Below, piece after piece: positions 27,201 through 40,800 of a DNA stretch of 64,000 bases (positions are counted from its first letter, which is position 1; every line of letters begins with the position of its first letter). The position numbers and the translations under genes were made by a program. The notes under the pieces were generated by a model. That model saw only the letters and a list, made by a program, of their open reading frames with translations. It was not told the DNA's origin and searched no databases. This DNA comes from Rotaria socialis (Eukaryota), in NCBI GenBank assembly GCA_905331295.1, contig CAJNYD010000407.1, positions 310,001 through 374,000 of the forward strand, given 5' to 3'.

Positions 27201-30200
27201 AGAAAGTTGCAGAAGTTTTGACGGCTCTATGCGTCTTGGCTTAGAATCCGATTTATTCATAGTACGTTTTGAAGGATTAAGAAAAAGGCTAGTGAAAAAA
27301 TGTAGCCTATAATGGATAGAATAAAATTGTCTTTCTTTGATTCGCAATAACAGTTGCATCGTGTTTCAAATTTTTACCTTGTAAGATTAGTGTTAATATT
27401 ATTTTTAATTTTTATTTATTATAGAACAACTCATTCTATTGATATATCAAATAAAAAATCAAAGAAAACTGCATATTTTGTTACATGCAATCTACCATTC
27501 GTTCAAGGACCGCCCTATGTTTGTGTTCCACCTAAAAAATCTGCTCGATATAACTTTGAAATTTGTCCACCAAAACGGGGCACTTACAAAGGTGTTGTCG
27601 TTTTTCAGCCAGGGCCATGGCCTATTAAGTATGTTTCATTTATTTCAACAAAAAGAGAGACCTATTTAAAACAAAACCCAATTGTCTGTATATAGAGACG
27701 TCGATTCAGATGGTGATGAAATTCCACCACTTGAACCAGAGGATCCGACTGATTTTAAATATTCACTTTGGTTTACTGTTGAGATAAATGTTCAACCACC
27801 GGATGCTCAAAGAACAGTTGATTTATCAGCACCATGTTTAGTATGTCTATTTAACTATTATATTTGTTTAGAAAACAACAATATTTAAAAAAGAACAGTT
27901 TTCCTATACAGTACTTTCTATCTGAGTCCATTTCAAAAGAACGAAATGGCGAATATTTCTATGAAATCTGTGATAGTTAAATATCATCTATCTCAAATGA
28001 GATAGATGATCATTTGAATAACAGACAAACTAAGATAAAATGACGGTGGCAAATACAGAACGCTCTCGCTTAGCAAAGTAAGAATTCAAATATCTGTATG
28101 GTGTTTTAATTAAATCAACTCATTATATTCCGGTTGATAAAGAACACATCAAAGCTTTTATTATGATCATCGGAGAAAATTTTAAGCTATCAATATTGAC
28201 TGTCATACACATAAAAACTTGTTTTTTTAATCTATCCGAATACTTATAAGAAAGAATCGGAACGAACCGAATACGTTTGGATCCTTATTTTGTCTCTTAG
28301 CAGAAAATCTATAGATTTGAAAAGCTTCTTTAGAATTGAAGAAAAAACTCAGAAGATTTTTGTAAATTTTCAGCGAAGACAATAAAAAATCTTAATAAGA
28401 ATATAAAAAGGTTATCACAAATTAGAATACGATTTGTTTAAATTGATAACAACCATTGAGCGAGCATCAATTTCAATGAAATTCTTGATAAGAACTTACT
28501 TTTTTTTTTATCAAATTATGTAGTAAAATTCTGATCTGAGTTTTAACTTAAATGCATTCCCCATTTCGAAAAACATGCGTAGCAAAATTTCTAGACTTGA
28601 GTATGTCATCATTTCTAGATATAAAGTTTCACCAATGTGAGTGGCAATATATGTCTTTATTCTATCGTATGAAAAATCTACGCCGTTCTAGTGACGACGG
28701 AAGTGATGAATAATGCCGAATAGAAAAGGGTCAGTGCGGCCGAATTTCTTTATAGACTGCTCATTATTGTAAATCATTCTCCATTTAGCTGGCTAAGAGG
28801 ATTTTCATTCTATATATATCTTTAATAATCTTCCATGCAAGTGTAATCGTTAGAAAAATGAGTATATATTATGTCAGAATATTTATCTTGACAGAAAATA
28901 ATTGTAAAATAGATATATAAAAGTTAATATAACAGAAAAATCATGATATTATTTATTGCAATGTGATGAAAACCATTAACTTAACAATTGTTAGAATCGT
29001 CTGCTTCGGAAGTTGGTTACTTTATTAGTAAAGAAATATTGTCGCATAGTAGAAAAAGAATTCACAAAAGCTTATTAATCTATGGCTCTTTTAAAATTTA
29101 CTTTAGGGTACAAATTCATTAATTATTCCATTAAAAAATCCACTTGATCATCCAATACGACTAGATGTTGATTTTCAAACATTGCAGGATGTTTTTGTAA
29201 GATTTAATTGCACATTTCGTTTTTCTTCCTATACATATATATATACTGAATTACTTATATTCAAGGGTAAAGATTCTATTGAATTCGAAGCAAATGGTGA
29301 AGATCGTTATGAGCTTATATTCAAACCGAAAACTGTTGGAAATTGGAATGGAGGGTAAGAACCAAAGCTGTTAAAAAATAAGACGTTGAAATTCAGTCTT
29401 GCAAAAGATTATCCAGTTATTTATTCCTAATTAATATATTTTTATCTCTACAGACATCTCGAGATGATGTCTGCGGTTAGAATGAATTCTGTCACATATA
29501 TCAAAAGAAAACGAGAGTAATGAACTTCTTTAGCGGCTGTAATGATGTTTACTTTTTTAATTGATGCATCATATGAAAAACATGTTTGAATGTCTAAAAC
29601 TTATTTTTGTTTATTTAGTCTTGTTTTTTATAATGATGAAATTGGTGAATTTTGGTATGAACTTAATTTACTTAGTACAAATCCACAACGAGTGGATTTA
29701 CCATCAATGTCGGCTCCACTGGGGGGGTAAGATATAGTTTATTTATAAATTACTTTCAATAAATGATCATAAGATTTGTTTCCCGCTATCATAATGAACA
29801 CGCAAACTTCAAATAGTTCATCATATATTAAAATAAAATATTCATAGAATTTTTGGAACACACTATAGGAAAATCAAAGCTTTTATGTGTATTCCGCAGG
29901 ACGATGAATGAATTGATTCTTCACAATATGAGTTCTTTACGCGTTTCACACAAGATAAATGTATCGATATTAAGACAAGTCGAAAAATAGTCATTTCCTA
30001 AGTCAAAGCCTCGAGCCGTCTATTGAAATCGATGTAATTTCACAACTAAATATCATATTGAGCTCGACTAGATCTCATTCTCTATAGAATCAGTCGCTCT
30101 ATCATTCTATGATATTTAAACAAGATTTTGTTTGATTTGAAACACTGGAAATTTAGTAGAAATTTAGAACTGAGAATATTTTCAACATATTTATTTAATT

Positions 30201-33200
30201 AAAACCGTTATTAGAAATAATTTTTACGATTTAAATCACTGTTGAACTTTATTTTTTTTATACCAGTTACTAATACCAAAGAAATATAGCAATAAAATCT
30301 CTTTGATCACTTTTTGAAGTCACTATTTATATAAATCATGAATTGAAACTGATAAAATCATTGCTTTGTTTTATTTAAAGAACTTCTACACAAGAAATAA
30401 CGATTGAAAATCCACTTGATGAACAAGTTACCTTTCAAACAATATTATCAAATAACAATAATTTTTCAATCAATGGCGATCAAGATACAATAACAGTTCA
30501 CCCAAGAAGTCAAGCCAAAATCAATGTTATATTTAATCCATCATCAATTGGAAATGGAAATGAACAAAAACAACAATCGAAAATTTCTTTTGTTAATGAT
30601 AAGGTTTGTATATATGAAGAAACGAAAAAAACAAACTAATTTGATTGTCACATGTATATATTTGAACGCACTTATATTAGATTGAACAAACTCAAATTTC
30701 TCCTCAGAGTACTGAAAAAGTAACATAATGCTTTGTCTCGCACTACTCTACGCATATCATCGCTTATGGCCGGGCATGCTATTTTGTTTCCAGAGAACTT
30801 TCTTTCAATTTAATGCGTTCTTTACATCGTTGAACAATGCAATTTTATCTAAAAATTGTTCAAATTTTCTTGAGATAAAAGATAATTTTATTTTCGATGA
30901 GTCATAAAATAAATTCTACATTTAACAGAGAGACTATTCTAATAATATAGAAATCAGAATTATGCATCATAGAGAAAATAATTCTATATTTGATCTAATT
31001 TTAATACAGAAATTTTTACATACTATGCTTTGTCATCATTAATGCTTGACACGTATTAAGGGTGAGGATGCTTAGATCTTTCAGCGCACTCAAATCTTCA
31101 TATTCGTATCTTGATCATTAATTTTGTTCTTCTGCTTCACATATTCTTTTTGTGCGATACGACAGGAATACACTTATAATTGTACCGCTATAGCTTCAGT
31201 CTTACGAGCTCTATAATAGCTGCTTTGAAATGAATTTGTACTACTACTACTTATCTCTTTTTCTTTTTCTTTTTTTTATCTATTCATGAAATTTCCTATT
31301 GCTCGAGCACTACTATGAAAGAACCCAATTTTGAAAAAAAATGAACCAATTTCTAGGTCTCGTTGAAAGGAAAAGAGCAGATTGGTATAAATGGAAGTTG
31401 TTACAAACCTAGATAGGAGTGAAATCTATGTTAGTTCTTCGCATAACGTTTGCCAGGATACACTAAAATAGTAGAATAGGAAATCATTTCATGTTACACA
31501 TATTGACACTACAATCGTTTACTAGTAGTTTTTTTTGTCCAGATTACATTTCACGACATATGTATATATATATATAGTTATCTCAATGCTATCACACCTT
31601 AATGCTTTATCCTCTGAAGTAAAATGATAGAAGAAACAAGTTCTCAACGGATAATTTACTTCTATTGTTTCTTATTATTACTTCTTTTTATAAATTTTTG
31701 CTGGCTTGAAATTGATTAGTTTATGCATCTGAATAATATTCTTATTTTCATTTTAGCTTGGCACCTTGAAATATTCTGTTAAAGGTGTTGGCACAAAACC
31801 TCAAAAGCAACAACATCCTATTATTTTAAAAAGTGAAACTGGTGTTAGTTCAACAGCAACAATTGATTTTCAAAATCCATCGAATCATCCTATTCGATGT
31901 GATCTGTCACTTACGTCAGGTAAAGAAAATCAAAAATAAAATAAAATCATGTCTTTGTACAAAATAAAATTAATTCTTTTCGCTTGTCTGATAGGATTCA
32001 ATACTTCATTTCGTATTTTACTTGATAAAACTGAAAATGTATCAATCGGTGCACGAGAAAAATTTAACATTCCAATTGCTTTTTGTCCTGAAACTTTATC
32101 TCGACAAGAAACACAATTACGGATTATCGGTCGATTACCAGAAGGAAAAACGTGGTCTCCAGACAAGTAAAAATAAACTTTTCTCTCTTTAAGAAGAAAA
32201 TAATAAATCTCTTTATTTGTTTTTCAAGTGCTGATGCATCCGAACTTTCATGGACGTATCCTTTGCAAGGCATTGCTTTCAATTGGATTCATCAACAAGG
32301 TGAAGACGAAACGCAATTGAAAGTAATTGAATGTATAGCTGGTGAACGAATTGAACAACAACTTGAATTCGAATTAAATCGACAATTATTTCGTTTTGAC
32401 AGTCGAACTTTAAATAGTAAGAACAAAAAAATAATATCTTACTTCATTGTCTTTTTTCTTTGCGTTTTAGTGAAAAAAAGTCCAACTGCTATTGAAGATT
32501 ATACAGTTATGAATGAACATATGTCTAATCAAGAATTCATTCAAAATTCAGTTGGCATTCAACTTCTTAAACGTGACAATGATAAAACTGATATTGCTCG
32601 TTTTAATATTGTTTATACCCCATCAAAATTCATGACGTAAAGCTTCAGTTTTCTGTGAAAAGAAAAAATGATTACAACGCTTGCTTTTTTCTTTCTTCAA
32701 TTTCTAGTATGGATTGTGTACTTGTTTTAACGCTTGCGACTGGTGGTCAATTAAAATACCCATTAAGATTTACTAAACTCGAGGCACCACCCGATGACGA
32801 TATTGTACTTGAAGCTGTTGGTCTTAATAAAATATCTACTATTGGTTTTCGTTTATATAGTCCATCGGAGTATGTTATTAAAAGTCTTTTAAGAGTCAAT
32901 AAAAACGTCTTGGATTTTTTTGCTCTATAGTTCTCCAATTTCATTTGAAGCCTATTTTACATCGAATAGTGATCGAGCATTTGCTGTAACACCAGAGAGT
33001 GGCGAATTATTACCAGCAAGTTTAAATGGTACTCTATTAAAAGTATTATTTTGTCCAACTGTTTATGGGCGAACATCTCATGGAATGTTAATTATCAATG
33101 TATGTAGACGAGTTGATTTTATTTTTTAATGCGAAATAGTTAAATGAAAGTATCAATTATCAAATTCATTGATAATTTATTCGGTTGAATAGCTTGACAT

Positions 33201-33896
33201 AAAACAAAATTTTAATAGAGGAGATTCAATAGTTTATTCGTAAAAAAGATATGATCGTTTTAGTGCTTGATAGACTCGAGTTTTCTTCTATAAATAAATT
33301 TAATAAGTATTAGAGCGTTGAATGTTTCTATTCAAAGCAAATATTTACTAATTGAACTGCTTACTTTTCAAGTAACGATCTTTAGTATAAGCTCTAGAAA
33401 AATAAAATCTTTGTTAAAATATCTGCTATAAATCTCAATCTTAATAAAGCGCTTACAACTCTTCTGACACAAAGTCGTAGACCTGATGGAAGGAAATTTG
33501 TATGAGTAAAACAAAAATTGATAACTTGAATAGTTTTCTTGTAAGATAACAATCATAATAGCAGTCAATCGTATTTCAGAGTGTATGTGTATGTATCAGT
33601 GTCATTCGATGTTACAATAGGTTTTTCTAAAATTTCATAAAAATATTATTTCTAATTATTAGGCAACAGATCATCAATGGAAATATACTGTTCGTGGTGT
33701 ACTGCCTACTTATGAACCACCAAAAAATCGTTCAAGTTTACCTTCTGTTAATAGTGATGAACTAGCGAATCGACGAGCAGCAGCGAAAAAGCGAAATTTT
33801 ATTCTTGAAAATCTTCAACTTCATCAAACAGCCATCTCTTCACCAATAAAAGGCGCATCTGTGTTAACGAAACCGAACGAAACAACCAGTGTTTAA
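9269..33896 (+). CDS. CFAP47: Cilia- and flagella-associated protein 47 (multiple ASH/Ig-like domains plus a calponin-homology domain), multi-exon
   Basis: Dozens of co-oriented exons with repeated Ig-like motifs (QPVPPGLEV, VNFG...VRNTG, LNFGEVCV). CH region: SERILLTWLNYCY...RWIVNFDIDLVDSIVLGTVLGAYCPFL. The last exon (33663-33896) ends KRNFILENLQLHQTAISSPIKGASVL...*, resembling the CFAP47 C-terminus. Not every junction was verified. Confidence 0.85.
14609..14902 (-). CDS. Nested intronless secreted prepropeptide with a 6-Cys knottin-like mature domain (97 aa)
   Basis: ATG at 14902. Signal peptide MHLSNIFMVVFFIGLLFSFAAS, acidic pro-region, KR cleavage site, then C-x2-C-x6-CC-x4-C-x9-C ending in Gly. 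TATAAA lies about 45 nt upstream (14946-14951) and AATAAA at 14574-14579, both on the minus strand. Confidence 0.85.
   Translation of the reverse strand: MHLSNIFMVVFFIGLLFSFAASDLTQADMDNNNDADFNHDNPTIFKRSVYDRHHHQRHRPMETHRCIRCKFSLVPCCFPNICVKRHFRTDQCVHARG
15891..16133 (+). CDS. Nested intronless secreted antistasin-like protease inhibitor (80 aa)
   Basis: Signal peptide ending VSA-NP. CIPMMCFVPCMYSSQLNSRGCSTCSC fits the antistasin spacing C-x4-C-x3-C-x10-C-x2-C-x-C. AATAAA at 16170-16175. Confidence 0.75.
   Translation: MHNQINAILVRVLLCATVLVSANPTASAKEQRLALSFPNIFQASNPFCIPMMCFVPCMYSSQLNSRGCSTCSCLPCGGIW
19107..19329. mobile_element. hAT-like MITE in a CFAP47 intron
   Basis: TIRs taggggtggcactttaa and ttaaagtgccatctcta. 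Internal inverted repeat gtttaaagttgtttaaagt / actttaaacaactttaaac. Degenerate target duplication attatgat / atttatga. Confidence 0.8.
23509..23732. mobile_element. MITE in a CFAP47 intron
   Basis: Inverted ends taaaccccccta-cagaatagaagccca and tgggcttctattctg-tgtaggggttta. Confidence 0.75.
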
Positions 33897-34084
33897 AAAC
33901 GTCACAATAAGAATTATTTTTTATTGCTTTCCAGTGATGTATATCCATTTAACATAGATATGCCTTAGGTCAATTGTAAAATTTTACTTTTTCTTTGTCT
34001 TCTGGTCCTGAAATTTGTGATCACACTAATATTTTTCTTTTTCTTTTGCTTGTCTTAATCACATTTTTGAAATATTATTTTCAG

Positions 34085-34431
34085 ATGTCATCCTCATCAT
34101 TAAAAACAAATGAAGATTCAGTTAGTGAACGAAAAAAACTTTACCTATCTGAACGACGAATCCCAATTCTATTTGAGGTAACAATGCGTGACTTATTCGT
34201 TTCAATAATCAACAAGAAAAAAATATTTATGTATAGGCACTAATGGCTGGTTTAATGCATCATGAACCCGATGACCATTACCACTTTATTATTGAAAGTT
34301 TAACAAAAGTTTGTTGAATATCTATTATTTCGGATAAGAGAAAGAATAGATTTTTTTAAATTTAGATGAAAAAACAACCGTTGTCAGTGCAGTGGGATAC
34401 TTTTATTGAGATGCATGAAAGTAATAAATAA
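34085..34431 (+). CDS. 76-aa microprotein made only of an AK5-type dimerization/docking (RIIa/DPY30-like) domain
   Basis: Exons 34085-34177, 34237-34308 and 34366-34431 give MSSSSLKTNEDSVSERKKLYLSERRIPILFE|ALMAGLMHHEPDDHYHFIIESLTK|MKKQPLSVQWDTFIEMHESNK*. Both introns sit at the same positions as in the two downstream paralogs. Confidence 0.75.
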
Positions 34432-34692
34432 TTAAACAGACCGTTATTTAACACATTTTCTTTTCTTCTTTCACTATGTTTTTTAACTAGTTAAGTGCTA
34501 AAAGAAATATTTGTGATATATTCTTTTACTTTTGTTTTGAACATGTCAAAGTTTATATTTTGATGTAAAAATCTGATTTCGGCATGATCTTTTTTTTAGA
34601 TATACTGAAAAAAGCAGTAATATCTTCATTAATTTAGGAAAAAAAAAACATTGTAATAATCTTTTAAGATTTTATCCGCTGTATATTTCTGA

Positions 34693-34706
34693 GTAATCAT
34701 GGCAAC
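34693..34706 (+). promoter_or_regulatory. RFX X-box consensus overlapping the predicted ATG of the pseudo-AK gene
   Basis: GTAATCATGGCAAC fits GTHNYY-AT-RRNAAC. Confidence 0.4.
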
Positions 34707-37330
34707 AAGATCTCATGGACTTTACAACAATCAATATGCTTCTAATTATATGCATAAAAAAGGAATTCATGAATTATTTGAAGTAGAGTATTTCAACGAA
34801 AAACAAAAAACATCAAATAATGCATGTGCTTTCTAATTGTTTTACTGTAGGCCATCATGACAGCGTTGGTGGTACATAAACCTGATGATCATATTGCTTT
34901 TATTCGTGAATGTTTAGACAAGGTTTTTAGTTTAATTTTCCTCCAACAATGATTCGTTCTATTCTTAACAATAAATTCTAGGTGCAAAACAATTCAAATC
35001 ATCTTCGATGGGACCATTTTGTGACATGTTCGAGTAATTTAAAAAGTGTCCTACCATCAAAACCAGCAAATACTAAAAATCGACAAATATTATTACCCCC
35101 TGTTCGAAGCTCAAACTCAATAACACGAACAAGTCATTCAACAACTCGTCAAACATCAGTCAAAACACCACCCTTACCGCCGATTGATAATAGCAAAAAA
35201 TCTTCAGAGAATCTACCTATTATTCTTATTCTTAGTAAATTTTCTCTCGATTCTAAAAATAAAGTGTCTATACATTTATTATTTTCTTCATATTCCTTCT
35301 AGGTTCACATAGCTCAACAAAACTATGCTCAAGATTAATCGAACGCTACGACAGAATAACTTATTTATTGATTAATGATATTGCAAACATCGATGAAAAT
35401 TACCCCATCGGTAAAAACAATATTCTTCTTATTTTTTTGTAGTCAAAAACAAAAATGATTTCTTAATTTATGTATAGATCTTAAAAATCATGAGTACAGA
35501 TATGATAGTGTTAAAAATGCGATCGACAAACGTCGTTCACATACGAATGGTTTCTTTATAGCTGGTAATGTTGATGAAATAAATTTTCACGAGAAATGGC
35601 AGGAGAAAGTAAAACCTTTGTTTAATTTCGTTCAACTTATGTTTCCAAAAATAAATTTCAAAATAGCTTCGACGTATTGATTTAATAATTGTGTTATCGC
35701 CTGATCGACAAGCAATTTCTCATTCAAATACAAATATTATTCAAGTAAAACAACTCATAATATTGAATAATAATCGGGAAAAAAATTATTTTAGATCGAT
35801 TCAAATATTGATTTCGGCATAATACTTGCAGATGCCATTCGCGCTCTGGATGAAATATTTCCTCATCACGTAAATATTATTTGGGAAAACAAATCATTAT
35901 AAACAGTTTATTAATATTTTCATGTAGATACAAGAGAATCAACATTCCCATTCAATTGCACCAACAGCAAATCAGTTTACTTTACCAATCATATTTTGTA
36001 TTGATATCCATCGGTTATTGATTAAAGAAAATCATATTAGTAATAATAGTGACAATAAAGCTGTTCAACGTTTATCAATTAATGATGAGTTCGATATTAA
36101 TGATGAAGAAAGCGAAGTTGAAAGTAATAATTCGTTTATTTACACATTATGTGAACGTTTAGCTGAACAATTTTCATTTAAACATATTCATGTTGGAGAT
36201 TATAACAATGTTATACTTAATTTTGATGAATTAAAATCAACAATTATTGAATCAATGAGTACATGTACTGGCTATATTATTGAACATTTTCCAACTTCAT
36301 TTGATGAGCTTCAAAGATTTCAAACCGAAGTAAACCTAGCCCCTTTTATTTTCAATTTATTATCAACCTTCATAAAAAAAAAACATTTTTCTTTCTTTTC
36401 TTTTATTCAAGATTGGTCCTTGTTCAGCATTAATTTATATTGGTGACTATCCAACTGAAATAAAATATGGTGACTCCAATATTATTGTTGAAACATTTAA
36501 AAAAGAAAATAAAGCTATTTATGTAAGCTAAATCACTTGTTCAAAGTCTACTCCGTTGAGATTTTACCCTAATTTCGTGTGTAGATACAATTAAATTGCG
36601 AGAGTATGATATTAATGAAATTGGGTCCCTATGATGAATTTTTTTTAGCTCTAGACTGAAACGATTAATAGAAATATTGTTCACAACAGCTGTTAAAAAT
36701 AGTTCAATTAGCAATCTAAAATTATCTCAATTCTCATTGTACATATTATAGCTATACCCTGGTTATTATTCGTTGTTTTTCTCTAACGGAGAAAAGCAAC
36801 AACAAGTTCCGTGCTATGAAGACCTCTTGAAAAAATGTCGCTCCAACCACTAAAAACGTTATTTTTTATGTGTAGTTAGTTGACAAAACCTAACTCAAAA
36901 AAATCGAGCTTGCCATATGCTGCATCTTGTCGTACTTTTTTCAAAATATAAAATATAGAGTAATTTACTACAATGAAAGCCCTTGGAGAATTCGCCAAGG
37001 CACGATCAAAGTAACGTAAATAATCGCAGAAGAAAAAAATACCCTTCTCTTTTTCTAGCGACAACATTTTTCTTATGTAGATGTTGACAACAGTCATGTA
37101 AGATTATGATAAAAAAGTAGATGCCGAATGAAATATCATACTCATTCATGTAAGATAAATCCTCTTATAGTTTCAATGGTGTAAATGAAAATGAACTTTA
37201 TTTAAACGAAGACGATTAATCATAGTAATTTTATGTGTTTCTGCTTGTTCATTTATTTCAGATCGATTGTCGGATGGAAGTCGATGAGATTTATGAAGAC
37301 CTCAAGAAAGATGTACTCGAGCGTATTTGA
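34699..37330 (+). CDS. AK5-like pseudo-enzyme: docking domain plus two degenerate adenylate kinase domains
   Basis: Spliced ORF: ...YMHKKGIHELFE|AIMTALVVHKPDDHIAFIRECLDK|...LRWDHF. Domain 1 reads LPIILILSSHSSTKLCSRLIERY, with no GxxGxGK P-loop. Domain 2 reads LPIIFCID, an acidic insert, then TLCERLAEQFSFKHIHVGD...GYIIEHFP. The last exon (37262-37330) reads IDCRMEVDEIYEDLKKDVLERI*. Confidence 0.75.
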
Positions 37331-37839
37331 AAGCAAATATTTATTTTTACTGAATTTATGTTTTATGCTTTTTTGTGACCTTTTTTTACATCTAGTTTTC
37401 TCGTAATATTTTATGTGCAATATAGCGGGGTCAGACCTCTTTCCCCTTCGTTGTTGCTTTCATTCTCATGTATTCTTTCTTTCATCACCCTAGTCTCATA
37501 CTTTTTTTGTGCCTCAAAAGCCTATACGTCTATTGAAGAAGGAACAGCATTATTGGTGATCGGATGCGTTTTCCTCTTTTCTTCCTCTGACTGTCATTTT
37601 TTTTTCCGCCATCGTCCTCTCCGCACTATTACTATGCGAAGAATAGATGTAAATATATATTCATTTATTTATTCGTCTAGTCTGTCGTCAGTGTCATAAA
37701 AAAACGCATAAAAAACAACAAAATGCAAAAAAATAACAGAAAAAAAAATAAACAATGTCAATATCAATATTAGTATCGTTTTATTTGTAGATTTGAACTT
37801 TTGTATTCTATCGCAAAGTTTGAATATTGTCTTTCAATA

Positions 37840-40800
37840 ATGAATCAAATGAATACAAATGCCAATACGGAATTAGCAAAAGATTATATTGCTAAACGGA
37901 AAATTCCTCAACTATTCGAAGTAAACTATTGTCAATGTAAAATACAAATATACTTTTAATTTTTTTTCCAAGGCATTAATTACTGGTCTTATGGTTCATA
38001 AACCAGAAGATCATGTTGATTTCATTATTGAATCTTTAACCCGTGTAGGTTTTCTTAGTTGTTTTAACAAATATATATCAAATAATTTATTTTTTCTATG
38101 ATAGTATAAAGATGGAAATCAACAATTGAAATGGGATTCATTTATTGGACGAAAAGGTGGCATGAACAATGTACTGCTTCCGCTAAAAAAAACTACGAAT
38201 ACAAATGCTACATCGCTACCTTCTTCTTTACATACGGATTTGGCGCGTCCACCAAAACTCGATGCTATACCATCAGGAAAACGAGATGAACCGTCTAAAA
38301 TTGAAGATCAACCACAACGAACGACAAATCATGTAGAACATGTTAAAAATCAAGCAACCGATATGAAAGAGTTACTTAAAGGCAAACCAATTATTTTTGT
38401 CGGCGGTGGGCCAGGTAAGAACATAACTATTTAAAATATTATAGAAATAAATATTATCATGATTGAAGGTAGTGGTAAAGGCACACAGTGTGAAAAAATG
38501 ATTGAAAGATATGGTTTTACACATTTATCTGCTGGTGATTTAATCCGAGCGGCTTGTCAAGATTCAGTAACTGAGAAAGGTCGTTATTTTAATGACGCTA
38601 TGACACAAGGAAAACTCATCTCAACGGTATTGTTAAAAATATAAAAAACAGAAGATTAATTTTTTATAAAAACAGAAAAAGTATCAATCAATGTACTCTT
38701 GAATTTTCTTCTTTACAGGAAGATATTCTTGGCTTATTGAAAGATGCTATTCATGAAAAAGCCAACGAAGCTTCAGGATTTTTAATCGACGGATTTCCGC
38801 GTCGTGTTGACCAAGGTAACTAATAAATACACAGCTTTTTCTTTTCTTCTTTACTCACTATATATTAACACATCAACTTTATGATTATTTTCATTACAGT
38901 AGTCTAATAAAATCTAGTAAGTTTTTGATTGATTTCTCCTGTATCTTAAATTGCTCACTTTTGATTACTGTTTGTTTTTGTTAATAATTTTAATCAAATC
39001 GATTTTTATTTTATATTTAATAGGCGTGCAATTTGAAAAGGAAGTTGCTCCATGTGATGTTTTAATTTATTTTGATGTACCCGATGAAATAATGATTGAA
39101 CGATTAACAAAACGTGGTGAAACAAGTGGTCGAATTGATGATAATCAAGAAACGATTGCTAAACGATTAGTTACATTTCATGAACAAACAACACCTATTT
39201 TGGGCTATTATGGTAAACAAGGAAAATTAATAACTATTGATGCTAATCGAAAACCCGACGAAGTTTTCGTTGATGTAACACATGCGCTGGTTGATTTAGT
39301 GGACCAAAAGCAAGTAGGTAAACAATAAGAATCTTGTTTTTTATCTTATATATATATGTTTTCGTATGTGAAACTGCAAATCTAACGGAAAAAAATCAAA
39401 ACTTTATATTTTTCAGAGTGATAGTAACGATACTACATCAAGTAAAGATATATATGTGCATCGTTCTCAATTTTTTTCACCGTTCAGTAATCAAAAAGCA
39501 CGTTTTCGATTAAAAAAAAACTAATAATAACCATCGTTCACTTTTACGTTCTAAGAATTTACTATGATACAAATCAAGACGAGTAATCGTTTTCTCGTCA
39601 ATGCATACTTATACATTTGCGCTTAGAATCGTAGAGAAAAACCGCTAAGTCGGTCTGACATCGATGTTTGGTACTCTTAGCTTTCTGTTTTGTTTTTTTC
39701 TCTGATCAGAAAAACAAAACACCAAGTTTGTGCTTGAAAGGTTATATCTTGGGAGATTGACGAAGAAACGGTTTGTACATTTATGGTTATGTTAGTTTCT
39801 TCTTCGTTTGCCACAACAACATTGTTTAGGAAGCATCTTTGTCTTACTTATTTTTTTTCTTCTCTTCTCGTTTCCTCTACCATCGCTTATCTTCCTCTTT
39901 TTTTCTCCTCCCCCTGTTTTCGATAGCACCAAATTCTCATATAACTGATCTTTTTGTCTTGTTGTTTGTCTTCTCATTGCGTTAATAGTTGCTTTTGAGA
40001 GATACGACATTAGTTTGCACAAAAATACAGAAGCATTATATATAACAAAAAAAAATGACACAAGGTAAGAATAAATACTAATTTCCCAAGATATCCCATT
40101 CACAATGATTTAATTAATCTATCCAGCCTGTATACAATATTGACACCCCTTAACAATTGAAGACCTTGAATTATGATTGATAATTTTATTGCTTTTTTTC
40201 TTTCTTAGTTCTTGAGCCCAAACCTGCATTAGACAAATTGAAAAATAAAAAAATTATCTTTGTTGTTGGTGGACCAGGTAATATTTATTTCATTTTATTT
40301 TTTTACATTCATTAATGTAAATTTTTTGATTATACTAGGATCAGGAAAGGGTACACAATGTGAACGAATTGTTCAACAATATGGTTTCACACATTTAAGT
40401 ACTGGGTAAGAATAAATAAATGAATATTAGTAAGAATATTTTTAGACTAAATTTGTTTTTGTCTCTATAGAGATCTTCTTCGTGAAGCTGTCCAATCAAA
40501 ATCTGAACGAGGCGAACAATTAAATGCCTTAATGAAAGAAGGAAAATTAGTGCCAATGGTATTCTAATTTTTATCAAGAATTATTATCGAAAACAGAAAA
40601 AAACAATAACAATGTATTTTCATTTTCTTCAGGAAGTTGTTCTCGAGTTACTCAGAGATAATATGATTGCAAAAGCAGACGGATCGAAAGGTTTTCTCAT
40701 TGATGGATATCCACGTGAAGTTCCACAAGCAAAAAAATTCGAAGAAATGGTTCGCTATAAATATTGCAATTTTCCAATAATTTATAATGAATTTTTATTT

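Noticed and set aside
28690..28800. Possible intronic C/D snoRNA (GTGATGA)
   Set aside because: There is no downstream CTGA box or terminal stem.
39792..40103. Lys/Arg-rich antisense ORF in the AK5 intron
   Set aside because: It results from a CT-rich tract upstream of the internal start, with no sign of real coding.
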